In this document: positions 15,648-28,059 of the stretch, piece by piece
Numbering within the stretch: the stretch's first letter is position 1
Layout of the letters: each line of letters starts with the position of its first letter
Assembly (NCBI RefSeq): GCF_000143415.4
Contig: NW_003314330.1
Span: 496,001 to 560,000 of the forward strand
Origin: Selaginella moellendorffii
Taxonomy: Eukaryota; Plantae; Lycopodiophyta
DNA length: 64,000 nucleotides
Reading direction: 5' to 3'
Notes under the pieces: generated by a model
The model's input: only the letters and a program-made list of their open reading frames with translations
What the model was told of the DNA's origin: nothing
The model's database searches: none
Made by a program: the position numbers and the translations under genes

Positions 15648-17184
15648 ATGGCAGAGAATGCGCAGCGGATGCTCACTCGCGCCGCTGCTAGGAAGTCGCA
15701 AGCTGAATCCAAGCGCGCCGCCGTCTCCTCCGATGCCGTTCCTCCAGCGAAGAAGCGTCGGCCGCTAGGGATCTTGCCAAACAGCGCTCCAGGCGTCTCT
15801 GCGAAATCCCGGAGCGCGGTTGCCGGGAAGAAAAAAGCCGCCTCAAATGCTCCGGAGGAAGGTACGTCTTTTGGGCTTGCTTGTATCGACCCTTTGCTTA
15901 GATCGATGGCTCATGGAAAAGTTTTTCTCCACAGTCGTGCTCAAGGGCGTGAAAGACATCGACGATTCACATGACAATCCTCAAATGTGTAGCGTGTATG
16001 CTCCGGATATCTTCGACTACATTCGCAGGAGTGAGGTCAGTGTGCCATTCATCTCTCGGAGCTTTTTCTTTCTGTTCTTACGTTCTATACAGGTCAGACA
16101 AAGATATAATCCAGACTACATGCAAGTGATCCAGACTGACATCAACGCTAATATGCGAGCGATCCTTGTAGACTGGCTAGTTGAGGTGAGAAGTTCTTTT
16201 CTTTCCGCGAGGTAACATAGTCTATGATTGTACAGGTAGCGGAGGAATACAAACTCGTCCCAGATACGCTCTATCTCACAGTTTCTTACGTCGATCAATA
16301 CCTGTCGGCAAATCATGTCACCCGTCAAACGCTGCAATTGCTTGGAGTTTCCTGTATGCTAATAGCCTCGTAAGTTCGTCGCAACGCAATGTGAAAGCTT
16401 ATTCTCTAACGTGGTTTTTCCAGCAAGTATGAGGAGATCTGTGCACCGCAAGTAGAAGATTTTTGCTACATCACGGACAATACCTACACGAGAGAGGAAG
16501 TGTTAGACATGGAAAGGAAAGTCTTGCGGCATCTGCGTTTTGACCTCGCTGTCCCTACGACAAAAACTTTTTTAAGGTGCGCGCGATATTGGCAAGCGTT
16601 TGATGAGGTTTATATTGGTCTTGTTTTTCAGGAGATTTATCAGAGCTGCTCAAAGTTCTTACCAGGTCGGAATCTCTAGTCTATAATCGCTGTTCGAGTT
16701 CTTCTGACGGAGATTTGTCCATGTTTCAGGTCCCGTCACTGCAACTGGAATTCTTGGGGAACTACCTGGCAGAACTTACGCTGTTGGAATATAACTTTCT
16801 GAAATTTTCTTCTTCACTTGTAGCGGCGTCAATTGTTTTTCTGGCCAGGATCACGATAGACTCTTCTGCAAGGCCTTGGGTATGCAATCCTGTATCGCTG
16901 TATGCATCACTGACTTGTTTCTGTTCAGAGCACTACATTGCAGCATTACAGTGGATATCGACCGTCACAACTTGAGGCGTGCGTTCTGGCAATTCACGGC
17001 CTCCAAACAAAGAGTAGTACACTACCTGGCGTTCGGGAAAAGTACAAGCAGCACAAGGTATAATCGATTCTGTGCAGTGCAATTCAATCGCTTGACATTC
17101 CTGAACGCTTGCAGTTCAAGTGCGTGGCTACTCTACAGCCGCCTCCCGTGCTGTTCTTCCAATACTTCGACGATAGCACGCTAG
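15648..17184 (+). CDS. CYCA: A-type cyclin, multi-exon
   Basis: D-box RRPLGILPN. Cyclin box [62 protein letters not shown] and [13 protein letters not shown]. Confidence 0.95.
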
Positions 17185-17489
17185 AGAGCTAGCTATATGT
17201 GACCGGACTGTCACTACTTCGTCGACTGTGGGCTTAGAAGGCGAGCCGAGCGGCATATTTAACTTCTACTTGCGAGCTGGAGAAACTTTCTGCCAGTTTC
17301 CGCTGAAACTAATCATCGCGTTGCGCGATAAATGCTGTAAATTCGTTTTTTGGAAGGCTGCTCCAGCGAGCCTCTGGAATCAACTTTCATATAGCTATGT
17401 TTTTTCCAGCAACTTTTGATAGATGCAGAGAAACAAGACAGGCTCACTCACTCACCAATTTTGAGCTTTCTGGGCTCACTCTTAAGCAG

Positions 17490-17849
17490 CTATCCCTTTA
17501 TTGGTGAGCCACAGGAAGGACAATACCTGAAGCTTGGGCTCAAGGGAGTGGAGCAAGACCAGCATTTGAGTGGGGCTTTGCTTTCTTCCATGAACTTAGA
17601 ACTTAGATCAGCTCCAGGTGAGCGCGGCTGGATCGTTGCTACATCTGCAGGAACTAGGAGGCCACAATCATTACAGGAAATTCCAGGCCCTTTGGCCGGC
17701 CACCTCCACACGGGCACAAAGAACGCCTTCAACACCTTGTCATAATCCACTAGGTCTGCAGGCCCTCCACAACGAAGACACCGTGCGGCATTTCTTTCAA
17801 GTACCTTTCGGACCTCGGCTGAGACTCCACCCAGGAAGAAGAAGAACAT
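17490..17849 (-). CDS. Small zinc-ribbon protein (plant zinc_ribbon_15-type)
   Basis: MFFFFLGGV start. CxxC pairs CLRC, CNDC, CWSC and CPSC. FFVPVWRWP motif. Single exon. Confidence 0.8.
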   Translation of the reverse strand: MFFFFLGGVSAEVRKVLERNAARCLRCGGPADLVDYDKVLKAFFVPVWRWPAKGPGISCNDCGLLVPADVATIQPRSPGADLSSKFMEESKAPLKCWSCSTPLSPSFRYCPSCGSPIKG

Positions 17850-18263
17850 GACAAAGAGTTAACCAAAACCCCAGTATGTGAATCTGTGTAAAGTTTTTGG
17901 CCTTCTTCATGAGGTGGCAGTGGAGTTTCATTTTGATTGCATTGCATTTATGGGAGTGTTATTGAAGTTGTCAATGTCCTTTTTCATCTAGTTTGTAGAT
18001 TGTGCAAAATTGTGGGTTGTTAATTCGTGCAGATGTCGTAACAATCTACCTCATCTCATTTTAAGATCATGGAAAAAATTAAAGCTCCACTCGAATGCTA
18101 GTTTTGCTCATCTCCCTTGATAGTAAAGTTTCAGATATTGTCTTTTAAGAATAGAGTCCATAATATGTCCCATCGCAACGAGTACGTATCTGCAAGTAAG
18201 TTCAAGCGGTGGAATTCCAAGTTTTGTGTAACGTTTTGCTCAAATGGTATTTTTTTCACAACT

Positions 18264-19543
18264 TCACACAGATGGGACTTGCAAAGTTTCCTCCACTCGA
18301 ACTGGATCTCCAACACGAACTAACTCGTTCTTCATCATCACGGACTCCACGCAAACAGCGTTTTGGCCGAAGAAAACCTGCACTTGTAAACAAAGGTCAG
18401 GCAAGTTATGTTAACGTTTTAAAGAACTTACCTTGTTTTTCACAGATTGAACAGCGCATAGCATCTCTCCCTTGCGGAACTCCATGAGTGTCAAGGTCGG
18501 CTCGGCTCCCATCTCGGTTGTCTCTTGGTTGATTGTAGGTATCTACAAGTAAGTTCAAACAGTGGGAATTCCAAGTTTTCTAAGCTCAGGCGAACCTTGC
18601 ATCTGGCACAAAGCTTGACTCCATGAAAGGTCAGGTTTTTGATCTTAAACGTCCGCCAGGTATCCTCTGCGAAGGGCTCGCAGCCTTGGACGATTATACT
18701 GCACCGAGGTAAATGCAAACAAAACCAGACAGCAAAATCTTCTTACTTTGGCCTGAACCGATTCATTGGAAGTTGATTCCGCAAGCGCTTGTTCACAGCG
18801 TCAAGAGAAGCCTGCGGAAGATCAAAGAGAGAACTTTAACGATAGAGACGAACCTGGGAAGCAACGAGAAATGGAAAACCATCGGTGAAGGAGGCTTTGT
18901 ATCCGTCAGCATACTCGGTATCAGTCGGTCGCTCCATCGCAGCTATCACCACGTACTTGTCTGCGTTTAAATTTCTGTCAAACATTTCTTACCAGGATCT
19001 AGACGCACAAGGTGGCAAGTTCTTCCAAGATAAGCGGAGAACCACTTGTGTGCTGCTGTTCCTTCGTCCAGTGCTCCGCCAGACCACTCCCACACCGAAG
19101 CATGGACTTTCTCTTTGCTGCCAAACAAAGGGACTTGAAGCGTGGTCTCCATTCCCGGGGCTTGGAATGCTACGAAGAAGAAAGAGTAAGTTCTTTCTTT
19201 CTTGTGCTTCTTCTGCTTACACACTGAAGAATTCGCTGGTAGAGACTGTAGAGGAGCAGTGAAAAGCTCGGGAGGCATAATTGGCTGGATCAAAGCAAGC
19301 TTTGGCTCCACTCTTTGGGTGAGCATCCTTCCTCTGTCATTGACAACAAGCCAGTGCCTATCCCATCGAAATCCTGTTCTTCAAGGATAAGTTTTCTTCG
19401 TTTTTTCGCAGGCAATGCGAGCTCTAAGAAATTCATTCAATCTTACCAGTCGGGCAGATCGCGGCGGCGTCAATCTCGATCCCTTTGCACGACTTGACTG
19501 GGTAGACAAAGAGCGACTTGACGACCATGGGCGAGTCCTCCAT
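18264..19543 (-). CDS. MOSC-domain protein (amidoxime-reducing component ARC/mARC-like), multi-exon
   Basis: VKSLFVYPVKSCKGI, GFRWDRHWLV, MLTQRVEPKLALI, WFSAYLG, FTDGFPFL, PMNRFRP, GVKLCARCKVPT and VFFGQN. Stop at 18264-18266. Confidence 0.9.
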
Positions 19544-19647
19544 AGCCACCGCTAGAGAAGCTTCTATCGAAGGTTCGATCCAAACTCTATTATCTGGTGT
19601 CGTTTAAATGGGCGAGAGGGCTCTAGGGCTTTGCAGAGGAGACGACA

Positions 19648-19932
19648 ATGGCGGAGGATCAAGCGCAAGCGCGAGCTCGCGAGAGGATGGAGGCGACCAA
19701 CCAAGCGACGATAGCGGGCGCCAAGGGCGCGCTTCTGTCGACGGCGATCACTGCTCCAATTGTGCTCTTGTCGGCGCGGAAATTCGAGTGGGTGAGGAAG
19801 AATATCAAGCCCACCGGGCGGGCGATCCTGGTTTGCTTCCCAGCGGTGGGGACGTTCTTCGTTGTGGCGGATAAATCGATCCTTAAGAGCGCCCGCGATA
19901 CATCGCTCGCCAGGATCCAGAACAAAACCTAG
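19648..19932 (+). CDS. ENOD93: Early nodulin 93-like small membrane protein
   Basis: AGAKGAL..LLSARKFEWVRKNIKPTGRAILV..FFVVADKSILKSAR matches the ENOD93 family pattern. Divergent from the MOSC gene. Confidence 0.8.
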   Translation: MAEDQAQARARERMEATNQATIAGAKGALLSTAITAPIVLLSARKFEWVRKNIKPTGRAILVCFPAVGTFFVVADKSILKSARDTSLARIQNKT

Positions 19933-20711
19933 ATAGAAATGAAATTGTTTTTAACCCTTTGGGTTTGAAATGCCACATTTAGGTATGGGTTTTTGGAAAA
20001 ATTCTTTCTAGCAAAATTTGAGTTTCGCACTTAGACTTTTTTTTTTTTTTTTCTGATGCAGTGCTCACACTTCAGGCACCGGGCATGGTTTGCGTTCCTT
20101 GTGTGTTGTATTTTCATGTTATGATTTAACAATGGCTTGTTTGTTTGGTGAAAAATTCTTGTGTGGTTTTCTCACGCAGGACCTGCCGAAACTGGTGAGT
20201 TTCGAGGCCATTTTATTATTGGATCCTAGCTTGTTTCTGCAGACCTCTCTCAGGGATGAGCTTTGTAAGTCTCTGAGGGCTCTGCCGGATCTGGATGGTT
20301 TGTTGGACTTCTATCATCAACCTTTCCCGAAACACTTGAGATTCCCTATGTTTTCAAGGTGCTGCCCAGCCGGGCGTGATGAACAGCTCTGCTATTCGTA
20401 TGCAGTTTTTTCTGCAGCATTCTCAACGGCGTGGACGCCCACGGTACAGAGCAAACATTCCATTACGCCTACGACAAGCTCGTAAAAGAACCCTTCTCTT
20501 ATGGCATTGACTGTGTTGACTTTTTATTGACTTTCATTGACTTTATGATCCGATTTTGAGCGGAGATCTCGATTGAACTCTGGCGCTCCTGAATATTTCT
20601 GGATTATTGACTTTCAATGGCACCGTTTCATTAGGGTTTACAACTCAAAAGACTTTGCATTGAATTAGTTTGACCTAAGAGTTTAATATATTTGCACCTG
20701 GAGCTGTCAGG

Positions 20712-23700
20712 ATGGATATGGCGCTGCGAGGCCTAGGCGATTCCATGGCGGCGCGTCTTGACCGTGGAAATGTAAGTATTCGTAGCTCGGGCTTGTGAAT
20801 CTGCCTGCTTGGCTCAAGAAATCTCTCTGATCGCATTGCATTGCGTGAAATTTCGGGTCTAGGTGTTACTCCCGCGGAGATGGGGGAGACCGACACTTGA
20901 TCGGAAGTGTCGAAGTGGCTGGAGTGGGAGGTGTCGAGCACAAGGGCAAAACTCTGGCGTTCCTACACAAGAAGAGGATAGAAAATCTCAGCAACGGAGG
21001 ACAGATGGGGCTCAGTATATGTTTCACGCGGAAAGTGGTGGCCAGGTCCGTGAATTTTCTTTCTTCCTTTTTTTCACGAGAACATCGTGTGATCGTGAAT
21101 TTCCACTGAAGGTCAGAGTTTCTGTCCAAGAGAACTCGTTAAAATACATGGTGAATGTTGAGGCAAACTTACCCGATATCTTTCCAGGCGAGTCTCATAT
21201 TCTTCTTCACTGGGTAACTTTTTGTTTTGTTTTGTTTTGTGTTTTTTTTTTTTTTTTCCATGAACGTCTAGACTCTGGTAACTTGACAGGGCCTCTTCAG
21301 GTCTGATTCCACTGACTGGGTACTTCTTGAGCCCAACGATGCTCCTGCGAGTACAAAATTTCTCGGTGGAAAGTAAGAAAAGTTCTCTCATATCAATTAT
21401 CTGCGTTAAACATAGATTTTATTTGATTTGTTCGCACAGGAACGAGGCAATGCAAACACCTATGCAGCAGCTCGCATCCTGTGTTCAAACTCTACAGCTC
21501 GAGCTTCCTTTAAACATGGCACCTTTTTACGTTAGCTTCGTTCTCTGCAAGCCAGCGTGCAAGGACAGCAAAGACATGTGGATCAAGTAGGCCTTTTCTC
21601 CCTGCATCGTGTTCTAACATTTCTTGCAAATTTTTTCAGAAGCAACTCCGGCTCAAACTTTTGCGTCCCTTTGGGACTGCGCACTGGACGCCCCGATCCT
21701 CTCGGCGTAACTCTAGAAGCGGATGGTTCCGCTAACTTTGCTCTGTATTCCAAAAATGCTGCAAACGTTACGCTCTGCCTCTATGGCCCGAATGACGTTG
21801 AGCCAGCGGTAAGTTCCTGTGCCTGTGTTTTCTAACCTCCTTTTTCCTGGTGTTTTAGATGGAAATTGATCTCGAGTCTGTCACACATAGAACTGGAGAC
21901 GTCTGGCACGTACAACTTCCAAGCATTGAAGGTTTTATCAGCTATGGTTACAGATGTAGAGTGAGTGGCAATCTCGTTTATCAGATCAAGTTACTAACAG
22001 GTATTCCAAACAGGGTGATGAAACCTGGGAAAATGGGAATCGTTTCCATAAGCGTCGCATTCTATTAGACCCTTACGCCAAGTTTGTTTCTCCATTCATC
22101 CCAGGCCAAGGTACTGAGCTTTTGTTCTTTTTGTCCCTGAAAATAGTGAAGTGTTATCGTGTAGAGGAACTACCATCGCCTGCTACTGCTCTAGGCTTAC
22201 TGCCAACAAATGTGCCAACGTTTGACTGGGAAGAGGAATCATCCCCTTGGTATTAGATTCCAAAACCATTGCTAGTTTCTAATGTATGAGCTTTTCAGTA
22301 TTCCCCTGGAACAAGTTGTTGCCTACAGACTGGATGTCGCAGGGTTTACAAGTCATTCCTCCTGTGGGCTGGACGAGCGATTGCGTGGTACATTTTTGGG
22401 ACTCGTTGAAAAGATATCACATTTTCAGTCTCTTGGTAAGAAGACAGGCTAAGTGTTCCTTTTGCTAATTCTGGTTGAACATGAAGGTGTTAATACGATT
22501 ATTGTACGTCCAATTTTCTCTTACGATAGATCTCAAGGTCCCTATTATCCTTTCAGGTATGAAATCTCAAACTGAAATAATTTGATTCGACTTTCCAATG
22601 CTTTTCATAGCTTTTTCTCTCCAATGGAAGACTACGGTTCTGGTAGTAGTAGCCTGGATGCAAGCATCTCCTTCAAGAAAATGGTGAAAGCGCTACACAA
22701 AAATGGCATTGAGGTGACGCTGCTCTTTGTTTTGTTTTCTCTAAAGGTTATTCTATGTAGTTGATCTTGGACGTGGTGTATACACACACTTCTGAGAAAG
22801 GAGATGAGGATCCGGAAACTGTATCCTTTCGTGGAATTGATAATCAGACTTACTACATTCTTGACAAACAAAAACGGTATGCATGTCATTTCATTCAAGG
22901 TGTTTATAGTTCCGTGTCGTTAAATGCTTAGGATTTTGCAATCAAAGTTCGGTGCTGCGAACGTTTTCAACTGTAACCATCCTGCGGTACACAAAGTGGT
23001 GAGTGTGGATTCCTTTTTGTATTACAGCTTCCTTGTTTTTCAGGTTGTGGATAGTTTACGTTATTGGGTCGAAGAATACCATGTAGACGGATTTTGTTTT
23101 GTCAATGCTCGTGATCTCACGAGAGGACCGCATGGAGAGGATCTCTCTCGGCCACTTCTTCTCGAAGCTATCACTTTTGATCCCGTCCTTGCATCTACGA
23201 AACTGATTGCGGATCCGTACTCACCATTGTCTTCTGTTCCCGAGGTAATTCATGTGTAAGTTTGTTTGTCACTCTGTTTCCTCTGTGTTTGATTCTTCCA
23301 GCCTCTCAAGTTTCCACACTGGAAACGGTGGTGCGAATGCAACATAAACTTTCAAATGGATATGACTAGTTTCTTTCGAGGTGAACAAGGAAAGCAGGGT
23401 GATCTCGCAACCAGAATTTGCGGAAGGTATGATTAATAGCTTTTCAGTAAGATTAAGAAAGTGCTTTCTTTCCAGTGCTGATATGTTTGCAGATGAGCGA
23501 GGGCCATCTTTTTCTCTAAACCACATAACGAATGCATATGGGTTCTCAACGCTATCAGATTCAACATCTAACAGGTTAGAAGAAACATGATATGCTTTCA
23601 GAGCATTGTTTTCGTTGTGTGTGTTTGAACTAACGTTCTTAGCAGCAAAACGGAGCCAAATGTCGAACTTCAGGTATTTTAGACCCCGAAAATTGATTGT

Positions 23701-24550
23701 GCCTCATTTCCTACTCCTTTGCAGCTCCACAATCTTCTTGTTACACAATTCTTGTCGCGAGGGACCCCCGTCTTAAATATGGGAGATGAATCTGGACTTT
23801 TAGACGACGGCAAGGCTATGTAAGACAGTTTGTTTTTAGAGCAGTTCTTTATCTAACACAAAATGTTAGACAATTTGACTGGCAGAAGCTAGCCTCCGCA
23901 ATGCACACAGTTAATCTTATTTCATCTCTTTCTTTATTGCGAAGTCAACACGAGAGCCTATTACAGGTTTTAACATATGGCACGCAATCTCAATATCTCA
24001 TCTGTGTTTTTACTTGTGGCAGAAGAACAAGTTCGTAAGTTCAGAAATGATCAAATGGCACGGAGCAACATATGAGGAAGAACCTCTATGGACTGATCCA
24101 AACAGGTACAGTTCGTCTATTTCGGAAAAATAACCTTGACAAATTTTCACTTGCAGTAAATTTCTCGCTGTCACTCTGAAAGACAATGATACTGGTGATC
24201 TCTGCATAGCTTTCAATGCAAGAGATGATGTCGTTGAATTGACTCTCACAGAAGAAGCAACATGGTATGCTAAGCTTGATCTTAGAATAAATCCCTCATT
24301 GTTTGTGTGTTTTGTTATTGCAGGCTTAGAATCATAGACACCACCTTACCTTACCCAGAAACTATTGTTCTTAATGGAGCAGAACTAAGGTTGCCAGTTT
24401 CTGTAGTTACTTTCTCAAAGCATCTCACATTTTGTTTTCTTCAGCTCCGAAGCCGGCACCTCCAACGCCGGTGCCTCCTACAGTGTACAGCCATTCAGTG
24501 TTGTGGTGCTACGAGCAGGAAAATGCCAAGAACTAAAAGACCAAGCTTGA
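20712..24550 (+). CDS. ISA2: Isoamylase 2 (non-catalytic starch-debranching subunit), about 24 short exons
   Basis: CBM48 [26 protein letters not shown] and [16 protein letters not shown] and [19 protein letters not shown] and KLIADPYSP in place of catalytic DGFRFDLA and KLIAEAWD. FPHWKRW is ISA2-typical. Confidence 0.9.
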
Positions 24551-24946
24551 GTGACTAGAAAGCTATGAATGGGATTTTTGGTTTGAGGCCTTTGCGACTT
24601 TAGAATCCTTTTGACAAACCATATGATTCCAATTCACAACATTAAGCCCATACCATATCTGTTTGAATTTACAGTCCACTTGGGCCGAACTTAAGAGCAT
24701 GCCCACTTGAATCTACTTTTCTCCCTTACACACTCTCACTCATCTTCAATCTTTTGGTAGTATTTACCTGCTAGAAGTGAAGGATAGAGGATGTGAGTCT
24801 CCGCCAACTTTTTCAGAATGACACTCATACACAGACGAAGAAAAGAAAGAAGACGAGAAGTATCAAACTTTTGCAAGCTTTTAATTTAATCAATAACTTC
24901 ATAATTATAAAATACGTTGAGATGGCATATAGTTATTCCATTGCTA

Positions 24947-25480
24947 TCACTCAAATGGAGGCCAGAAGACGTTCAAATCTACGCTGTAAGTCGTGTTGGT
25001 CGTCCTTATATCAACAGGAGTACTGCTCGCGAATCCCTGTGCAAAGAGAAAATCACCAGTTCCACCAGAGATTGGAGCAACATCCTTCTTGGTGGGATCA
25101 ATCTCGGAAGAAAACGTGAGCGTTCCCTTGTATTTCCCTTCGGTGAGCCGGATTGTGAACGCCCAGCAAGTGCTAAGCCCATCCAGCTTACACACACTGC
25201 CAGTCCCACGGATTGATCCAATTACCTTGGAGTTAAAGTCCGGGGTCACGGTAACGGGGTCGTCAAACACGATCATCGTGCCGTACGGGCCGCTGACCGG
25301 CGTGATCCCGGTCCCAATGTTTGTGAGGCCCAAGATGAGGATGAAATCGGTGACGTTGAGCCGGTCTTGCCAGAAGATTTGGAATTTGTCCGAAGTATAT
25401 CCCTTGGGAACCTTGCAAGCCACAACACAAAGAGCAATGCTAAGGAGGATTACGAAAGAAATGCTTGAGATCTTTGCCAT
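24947..25480 (-). CDS. Dirigent-like protein, secreted, single exon
   Basis: Signal peptide. YGTMIVFDDPVTVTPDFNSKVIGSIRG, YKGTLTF and PISGGTGDFLFAQGFA are dirigent motifs. Confidence 0.9.
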   Translation of the reverse strand: MAKISSISFVILLSIALCVVACKVPKGYTSDKFQIFWQDRLNVTDFILILGLTNIGTGITPVSGPYGTMIVFDDPVTVTPDFNSKVIGSIRGTGSVCKLDGLSTCWAFTIRLTEGKYKGTLTFSSEIDPTKKDVAPISGGTGDFLFAQGFASSTPVDIRTTNTTYSVDLNVFWPPFE

Positions 25481-26089
25481 CTCTTCCTTGTTTTTCTATG
25501 AGCCCTGGAATTTGAGAGATCAAAGCCTGGATTGGATTTCTAGCTTGGGACCTTGAGATATTAATATGCGGTAGAAATTCCTTTGACAAACATATGGTTC
25601 CAATTATCATAGGAACCAAACTATGATTCAAAGGTGGCCAGAGACATGGGACTAAAGAACAATTAGCAAGCTTCCAATCCCTTGTCAATGCTGTATTTCT
25701 CATGTAGATAAGAAGATGCCAAAAGCATATTTTCGAACGTGATATTTTTACCTTTTACCCTTGCCTCGCTGGCATCATCTGGATCGTTGGATCCCTGCGC
25801 TTTGGACATTAGGGATTGCGTTTAGTCTCTGTGGAGGGGGCGAGAGCTTCAAGCGGTCGGGCGCGCGCTCGCTCGCTCGCTCGCTCGGTCGAGCGGATCG
25901 GCTAGTCCTAGCTCGTCAGGTTTCTCTGTTGCCGATCCGGATTCTCGGCTCTGGGGTTTGATATTCTCCTCTTTGATCGCTCCGGCACCCCACGCATTGT
26001 ACTGTTTCTTCCTTATCGTCTCCTCCTCTCTCGCGTGCTGGCTTTGGCGAGGCCGCATTTTGATTTCTCCTCTGTGCTCGCCAGGAATC

Positions 26090-27536
26090 ATGGCATCGGC
26101 GATGCTTGGGAGCTGCTGCGCGACACTCCCGTGCAAAATTTCCGCCAGGCAGCAGCTCTTCCTCCACGAATTACGCGGCCGACGCAGCTGGAGTTCTCCC
26201 AGGCTCGGTCAGTTCTTGAATTTGTCGACGAACCAAAGGTGTGTAGCTCTTTTTTTTTTTTTCAAGTAAAGTTCTACTGGATTGTCTTCTTTCAGGATTT
26301 ACTGTGCGCTATCAAGTGAATCCACGACAACCAAAAAGGTGAATAGCTCGATCTTATCTTCTCGAGGCTTAAGCATGCTTTCCAGGAAGTTGAAGAGGAG
26401 GAAGTTCCATTGCCTATTGTTGTAATCGACCAGGATGCTGATCCTCACACCACTGTTGTCGAAGTTAGCTTTGGCGATCGGCTTGGGGCACTGCTTGACA
26501 CGGTGAGTGTCATCTCTTAATTTTTCTATAACAGAGAAGTAAGCTGTTTCTTCCTCTGTTCAGATGAAATCGCTGCGAGATCTTGGATTAACTGTGGTCA
26601 AGGGGAACGTTAAGATGGTTGGAAATACCAGGCGCAACAGGTTCTCCATCACACGCGCGTAAGCTACTTAAAGTCCCATTTTTCTTGAGTTGGATAATTA
26701 TTCCGTCTTAGATACGACGCTCTCTGCTGTTATAATAGAAAGCGAGCGGTGTTTTCAGGGATTATAGAGAGATTTGGATTTGGATGCTTCCAATTTGATC
26801 TCTCATCCTTGCTTTGGCAGGGATAATGGTCGGAAGGTTGAGGATCCTGAGCTGCTGGAGTCCATTCGCCTGACGATTATTGACAACCTCTTGAAGTACC
26901 ATCCAGTATGGCGATTTCGTTTTCTCTGTTCTTTGAGGATTTCATTTGATGTTTGTGCAGGAGTCGAGTGCTCGATTAGCCATGGGAGAAGCTTTCGGCA
27001 TTAAACCCCCGAAGAAGGTATAGTCTACTTGGATTTCCTGTATGCATTCGAAACTCTGGCTATCGGCTGCAGCAAGAGATTCAAACTTTTATCACCATCA
27101 AAGAAGATGGTTCAGATAAAAGGTGAGAAGATGAAGCTCATCTTGATTATTTTGTTTTACGTTTGCGTTTGTTCTCTTCTTTGTGCTGCAGCTTACTGAC
27201 AATTGAGACCGCAGATAAACCTGGTCTCATGATTGAGATTCTCAAAATCATCAATGATATTAGCGTGTCTGTCGAATCAGCTGAAATGGATACTGAGGTA
27301 CACTCTCTTATACAGATCTCATCATGCATCATACTTTTTCGTTCATCCAGGGTCTAATTGCAAAAGACAAGTTTCATGTTAGCTATGGAGGGAAAGCTCT
27401 GAGCAAATCGCTGTCCCAGGTATGGAAGTAGTTTCATTCTTTCTTTCTTCCTTTCCTTAATTCAACATCATCACAGGTTTTAACCAATTGCTTGAGGTAC
27501 TACCTCAGAAGGCCCGTGGAAGAGGAGAGCTACTAG
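26090..27536 (+). CDS. Plastid ACT-domain repeat protein, ACR11/ACR12 group (closer to ACR12), multi-exon
   Basis: Transit peptide, [78 protein letters not shown] and CLRYYLRRP. Confidence 0.9.
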
Positions 27537-27846
27537 AGTTACTATAAATCCTTCTCCACAACATAGCTATATATCAAAACCTCACTCCGTCCTAGTACGA
27601 GACATGCTTGCAAGCCGGGGGATTCTCTTCATAAACTCCGCAGCAAGTGTCCAAGATATCAAAGCTAATGGTATCAATGAAATTGCCAAAAACTAAAGCC
27701 TTGGCTTCATCCAGGTTCGAACTGGAGACCTTCAGTGTGTTAGACTGACGTGATGACCAACTACACCATGAAACCAATGTGCTCTTTGCTGGAAAGACAA
27801 TATCTAAATTTGAGTTTTGGCAGGTTTTTGTCATTCTCATGACTAA

Positions 27847-27927
27847 GTTGCTTTGGCCGAGTGGTTAAGGCGTGTGCCTGCTAAGTACATGGGATTTCCC
27901 GCGAGAGTTCGAATCTCTCAGGCAACG
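27847..27927 (+). tRNA. tRNA-Ser (anticodon GCT)
   Basis: Acceptor stem GTTGCTT/AGGCAAC, A-box TGGCCGAGTGG, anticodon loop CTGCTAA, long variable arm, T-loop GTTCGAATC, TTTT run about 13 nt downstream. Confidence 0.96.
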
Positions 27928-28059
27928 AAAGATTGCACATTTTCGAAATTAAAATATTCTACACTTGCTTTAATTCAAAGTAAAACCAACACGATCGTCG
28001 AAGCGACGCTCCATGATTCTTATATAGCGGTTTTGATGAAAGAAGATTTCACCACGATC

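Noticed and set aside
20020-20490. 131-aa ORF and splice-like signals between ENOD93 and ISA2
   Set aside because: Non-ATG start and no homology recognised. It could be UTR or non-coding transcript, but this is unsupported.
24993-25556. 187-aa ORF antisense to the dirigent gene (likewise antisense ORFs over LHCB4, PPR, PABP, GH81 and the AAA ATPase)
   Set aside because: Shadow ORFs expected opposite GC-rich coding sequence, with no motifs.
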